The notes beneath the pieces were generated by a model. That model saw only the letters and a list, made by a program, of their open reading frames with translations, did no database searches and was not told the DNA's origin. Below, one piece after another: positions 60,376 through 64,000 of a stretch of DNA of 64,000 bases. Origin of the DNA: an uncultured bacterium (GTDB lineage: Bacteria > Patescibacteriota > Andersenbacteria > UBA10190 > CAIZMI01); NCBI GenBank assembly GCA_903934015.1, contig CAIZMI010000015.1, positions 424 through 64,423 of the forward strand, in the 5' to 3' direction. The position numbers and the translations under genes are program-made. How positions within the stretch are numbered: position 1 is the first letter of the stretch; each line of letters starts with the position of its first letter.

Positions 60376-60813
60376 ATGTTTATCGGCGAATATCACCACA
60401 ACATTGATGAAAAAGGACGCTTGGCTCTTCCAACAAAGTTTCGGAAGGAATTGGCGCAGGGAGTTGTTGTAACCCGCGGATTGGATCATTGTTTGTTCGT
60501 TTACACCCAAGCGATGTGGGAAAAAATGGCCGGTAGAATCGGCAATTTGCCCATGAATCAAAAGAACAACCGTGCGTTTGCCCGTTTGATGTTGGCCGGT
60601 GCGATGGATAGCAAAATTGATGGTCAAGGTAGGGTGGTATTGCCGGACTACTTACGGACATTTGGTGGCCTAACAAAAAACGTAGTGGTGGCCGGTGTGC
60701 AAGATCGTTTGGAAATTTGGGATGAAGCCGAATGGTCCAGATACACCAAGGATGCTGAACAGCACAGCGAGGAAATTGCTGAAGCGATCGAGCTCTTTCA
60801 AAACGAAGCGTAA
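60376..60813 (+). CDS. mraZ: Division/cell wall cluster repressor MraZ
   Basis: MFIGEY, IDEKGRL.LP, TRGLDHCL, IDGQGR, RLEIW. Confidence 0.97.
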   Translation: MFIGEYHHNIDEKGRLALPTKFRKELAQGVVVTRGLDHCLFVYTQAMWEKMAGRIGNLPMNQKNNRAFARLMLAGAMDSKIDGQGRVVLPDYLRTFGGLTKNVVVAGVQDRLEIWDEAEWSRYTKDAEQHSEEIAEAIELFQNEA

Positions 60814-60828
60814 AAATAAGCAACACAA

Positions 60829-61821
60829 ATGGCACTGGATTTAAGCACGCACAGTCAACGGCGTGAAGAGCGTATTCTGCATCAGCCAATATTCTTGCAA
60901 GAGATTTTGGCGCAATTGGTTCAGCCAGGCGCTCGCTATGTTGATGGCACACTGGGTGACGGTGGACACGCAAAAGCTTTGCTTGCCGCCAGTGATGAGC
61001 AATCCAAATTGATCGGGATCGATTTGGACACAGAAGGGCATGCGCGTGCCAAACAAGAGCTTTTGTTGTTTGGAGAACGTGTTCAAATTGCGCATAACAC
61101 TTTTGCAAATATCGATGAGGTTGTGAAGCAAGCCGGTTGGGAGTCTGTAACGGGAATTCTTTTCGATCTAGGCATGTCGACACACCATCTCCAAGCCGAA
61201 CGAGGTTTCTCTTTTAAGAATCAAGGAGTGTTGGATATGCGTTTCGATCCCACGGGGACAATTTTATTGCCGGAACCGACAGAAATATACCTTAAAAGGA
61301 TCGCGCGAAAAATTTCAGCTTATACCGCGAAGGATTTGTTGAATAATTTGCACGAGGACGAATTGGCGGATTTGTTGCTGACTTATGGCGAGGAAACCTT
61401 TGCAGAACGAATTGCCGGTGGAATTGTGCAAGAGCGTCGTAATGGCGATATCGATTCCGTACCGCAGTTAACGCAAATTGTTCTACGCGCCTACCCCGGT
61501 AGTAAACGACATGGTCGCATCCATATCGCAACCAAAACATTTCAGGCGCTTAGGATCGCGGTGAATCGAGAGTACGAAACACTGCAAATCGCGATTAAGA
61601 AATCGTTAGAGATTTTGGCAAGTGGTGGAAAATTGGCAATCATTTCTTTTCACTCAGGAGAAGATCGCATTGTAAAACACCGGTTTAGGCAGGCAGCACA
61701 AAGTGAAAATTTTACGCTTCTGACCAAACATCCGATAAAGCCGACGTTTCAAGAGGTAAAATCAAATTCCTGGAGTCGGAGTGCAAAGCTAAGAATTATT
61801 GAAAAAAATAAATCTAAATAA
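60829..61821 (+). CDS. rsmH: 16S rRNA m4C1402 methyltransferase
   Basis: DGTLGDGGH, DLGMS, RGFSF, LDMR, FQALRIAVN, ISFHSGEDR, SRSAKLR. Confidence 0.96.
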   Translation: MALDLSTHSQRREERILHQPIFLQEILAQLVQPGARYVDGTLGDGGHAKALLAASDEQSKLIGIDLDTEGHARAKQELLLFGERVQIAHNTFANIDEVVKQAGWESVTGILFDLGMSTHHLQAERGFSFKNQGVLDMRFDPTGTILLPEPTEIYLKRIARKISAYTAKDLLNNLHEDELADLLLTYGEETFAERIAGGIVQERRNGDIDSVPQLTQIVLRAYPGSKRHGRIHIATKTFQALRIAVNREYETLQIAIKKSLEILASGGKLAIISFHSGEDRIVKHRFRQAAQSENFTLLTKHPIKPTFQEVKSNSWSRSAKLRIIEKNKSK

Positions 61822-61825
61822 ACAA

Positions 61826-62260
61826 ATGACAATCTATTCAATAAACAATCACAATAAAATCAGTATTGGCAAAGCGATGCCACGTCGTGTGTCCGCCTTG
61901 GTTGCTCATCCTAAGGAATCAAAGGATCGATACTCGTCACAGCGTGGTTCAAGCATGGGGATTTTTCTTTCCGGTTTGGGCATATTGTCTATTGTTGTTG
62001 CGGCTGGTTTTCTGTATATTTTTCAAGTAACAAGTTCTGCTGTTGGCGGTTATGATACAACATCCTTGGAAAAACAAATTGTAAAATTGCACGATGAACG
62101 CCGGGATTTGGAAATGCAAGTAGCCGATTTGCAATCTTTGCAAGCGATTGAACAAGGGGCAAAAAAATTACAATTGGTTGCATCTGATAAGGTTATGTAT
62201 ACTAGTCCGATAGCAGATAATAATGTTGTTGCGTTTTCGAAACAGGGTAGTGATTCGTAG
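61826..62260 (+). CDS. FtsL-like cell division protein
   Basis: TM followed by coiled coil, IEQGAKKLQL; lies between rsmH and the PBP gene. Confidence 0.65.
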   Translation: MTIYSINNHNKISIGKAMPRRVSALVAHPKESKDRYSSQRGSSMGIFLSGLGILSIVVAAGFLYIFQVTSSAVGGYDTTSLEKQIVKLHDERRDLEMQVADLQSLQAIEQGAKKLQLVASDKVMYTSPIADNNVVAFSKQGSDS

Positions 62261-62335
62261 AAAAATGAATCGTTAGTCGGACGATTACTTACGATCATTG
62301 ATTAGTTGATGATTAGGGATGAATAATGATAAACA

Positions 62336-64000
62336 ATGCATGAACCGCCCATAAAACGCGATAAAAATGTGTTGAAAAAAAAGGGAGATCGTTTTCGATT
62401 ACTTTTTATTTTTGTTTTTGTAGTTTTTATTGCGTTATTATTAAGGCTTGGATATTTGCAGATATTGCAAACTAAGAAATACACAACCTTGGCGGAAAAT
62501 CAACGGACTAGATCGTCCGACCTGTTGCCACGACGGGGGAGTATTTTGTTGTCTGAAAAGGACGATGCGGAACCATTCTCGGTTGCCACAACAAGACAGG
62601 CGGAATCAGCGTATGTAGAACCTCGCGCAATAAAAAATTTAGATTATACGGTAGGAGTATTATCGGAAATATTATGGCGTTATAATCAACGAGAAGTTGT
62701 TCGCAGGCAAGGCCTTTTAGACGACTCCGGACAGTATACAGTGGAAGAGATTGAGGTTAGAAAAAATAATACTGAAAAAAAAGTTGGAGAGGAAGTGCTT
62801 AAACAGGCAGAACAGGAAAAACAAGATATTCAAAATAGATTGAAAAATAAATTGAGTAATAAAGAAGATCCATACGAACCGTTGATAGCTTCTTATCAAA
62901 GATTTGACGATCAGCTTATTAACGATCTTAAGAATTTGAATCTTCCTGAAATACGGTTTGAAAAATTTTATGATCGATATTATCCGGAGCAAACATTAGC
63001 GGCACAAGTATTGGGTTATGTGAGACAGGATGGATTAAATATTAAAGGCGAGTATGGCATTGAGGGGGCAATGAATGAAATATTGCAGGGTAATTCCGGT
63101 TTTATGGAGGCGGAGCGTGATGTGATTGGAAGATTGATTTCAGTTAGTAGTATGGACTTAAAGCCGGCAGAAGATGGTGCGGATATTGTTTTAACGATCG
63201 ATCGGATTGTGCAAACATACGCCGAACAGATAGCCAAGCAGGGAAGAGATAAGTTTGGCGCGGAAAAGGCCAGTATTATTGTTGCTGATCCTTATACGGG
63301 GGAGATAAAAGCAATTGCTAATTATCCGACTTTTGATCCAAATTATTTTGGTGATATTCGTGATGTAAGTGTTATGCGGAATAACGCGCTTCTTGATGTT
63401 TTTGAACCGGGGTCAATTTTTAAGCCTTTGGTAATGTCGATTGCAATGGATTTGGGGTTGATTGATCCAAATACCACAATGAATGATTCCGGACCATTAA
63501 AGGTTGGCAAATATATTATTAATACGTTTGATGGAAAACATTTGGGTGTAATATCAATGACACAAATTCTTGAGCAGTCCAATAACGTTGGTATGGTGTG
63601 GGTTGCGCAAAAAATTGGGGCGGAAAAGTTATTCGAAGGGTTGCGTCATTTTGGAATAGGTGACAAAACCGGATTGCCGTTAACGGGTGAGGCCGCGCGC
63701 GCATTACCTCTTCCCGATACTTGGTCGGAAGTCAATTTGGATACGATAAGTTTTGGACAAGGTGTTGTTGTTACTCCAATGCAGATGTTGGTCTCGGCGA
63801 TGGCAGTGATAAATGGTGGTCAGTTGTTAGAACCGCATATTATTAAAGAAATTCGTAATTCAAATGGAAACACGGAAAAGACACAGGTTAGATTGATAAG
63901 ACAAGTGGTTACTCCTGAAACTTCGACAAAAGTTACGGCGATGATGACATCGGTGGTAGAGAATGGTGTGGCGGGGTTGGCGAAGGTAAAAGGGTATTAC
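62336..64000 (+). CDS. ftsI: Class B penicillin-binding protein (FtsI-like), 3'-truncated; absent from the ORF track
   Basis: RLGYLQI, PRRGSI, RYYPE, YGIEG, FEPGSIFK (SxxK), QSNNVG (SxN), FGQG. Confidence 0.85.
   Translation, partial: MHEPPIKRDKNVLKKKGDRFRLLFIFVFVVFIALLLRLGYLQILQTKKYTTLAENQRTRSSDLLPRRGSILLSEKDDAEPFSVATTRQAESAYVEPRAIKNLDYTVGVLSEILWRYNQREVVRRQGLLDDSGQYTVEEIEVRKNNTEKKVGEEVLKQAEQEKQDIQNRLKNKLSNKEDPYEPLIASYQRFDDQLINDLKNLNLPEIRFEKFYDRYYPEQTLAAQVLGYVRQDGLNIKGEYGIEGAMNEILQGNSGFMEAERDVIGRLISVSSMDLKPAEDGADIVLTIDRIVQTYAEQIAKQGRDKFGAEKASIIVADPYTGEIKAIANYPTFDPNYFGDIRDVSVMRNNALLDVFEPGSIFKPLVMSIAMDLGLIDPNTTMNDSGPLKVGKYIINTFDGKHLGVISMTQILEQSNNVGMVWVAQKIGAEKLFEGLRHFGIGDKTGLPLTGEAARALPLPDTWSEVNLDTISFGQGVVVTPMQMLVSAMAVINGGQLLEPHIIKEIRNSNGNTEKTQVRLIRQVVTPETSTKVTAMMTSVVENGVAGLAKVKGYY

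Noticed and set aside
60380-61183. 267-aa antisense ORF and similar shadow ORFs elsewhere
   Set aside because: They lie opposite well-supported genes (mraZ/rsmH) and have no recognisable motifs.
61250-61325. ~20-aa insertion in RsmH as another repeat-derived peptide
   Set aside because: No palindrome or match to any repeat family in the window is visible.

Overview
A bacterial chromosome segment read in code 11, most likely from a Patescibacteria/CPR organism. This placement is inferred from the short tsf, the TGS-less thrS, CPR-style membrane hypotheticals and the scarcity of Shine-Dalgarno motifs. Core genes are gyrB (with a 481-aa HNH intein), secE-nusG-rplK-rplA, tmk, gatB, miaA, thrS, dnaE, rodA, rplY, prmC-prfA-rpmE, rpsB-tsf, rpmG (missed by the ORF track), uppS, manC-mltG, rplJ-rplL and mraZ-rsmH-ftsL-like-ftsI (partial). 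There are five intact tRNAs. Single orphan genes with their own promoter, SD and terminator lie between core genes, and at least ten families of short palindromic repeats fill the spacers. Most notable: (1) a 941-aa protein with the full major vault protein architecture; (2) a conserved ~130-nt three-hairpin element with compensatory changes fused to the 3' end of three different tRNAs; (3) 24-nt mini-hairpins, and broken duplicated 5' gene ends directly upstream of intact tRNA-Val and dnaE; (4) palindromic repeats translated in frame inside miaA and prmC; (5) widespread apparently leaderless genes. All assignments come from reading the sequence by eye; no database searches were run.
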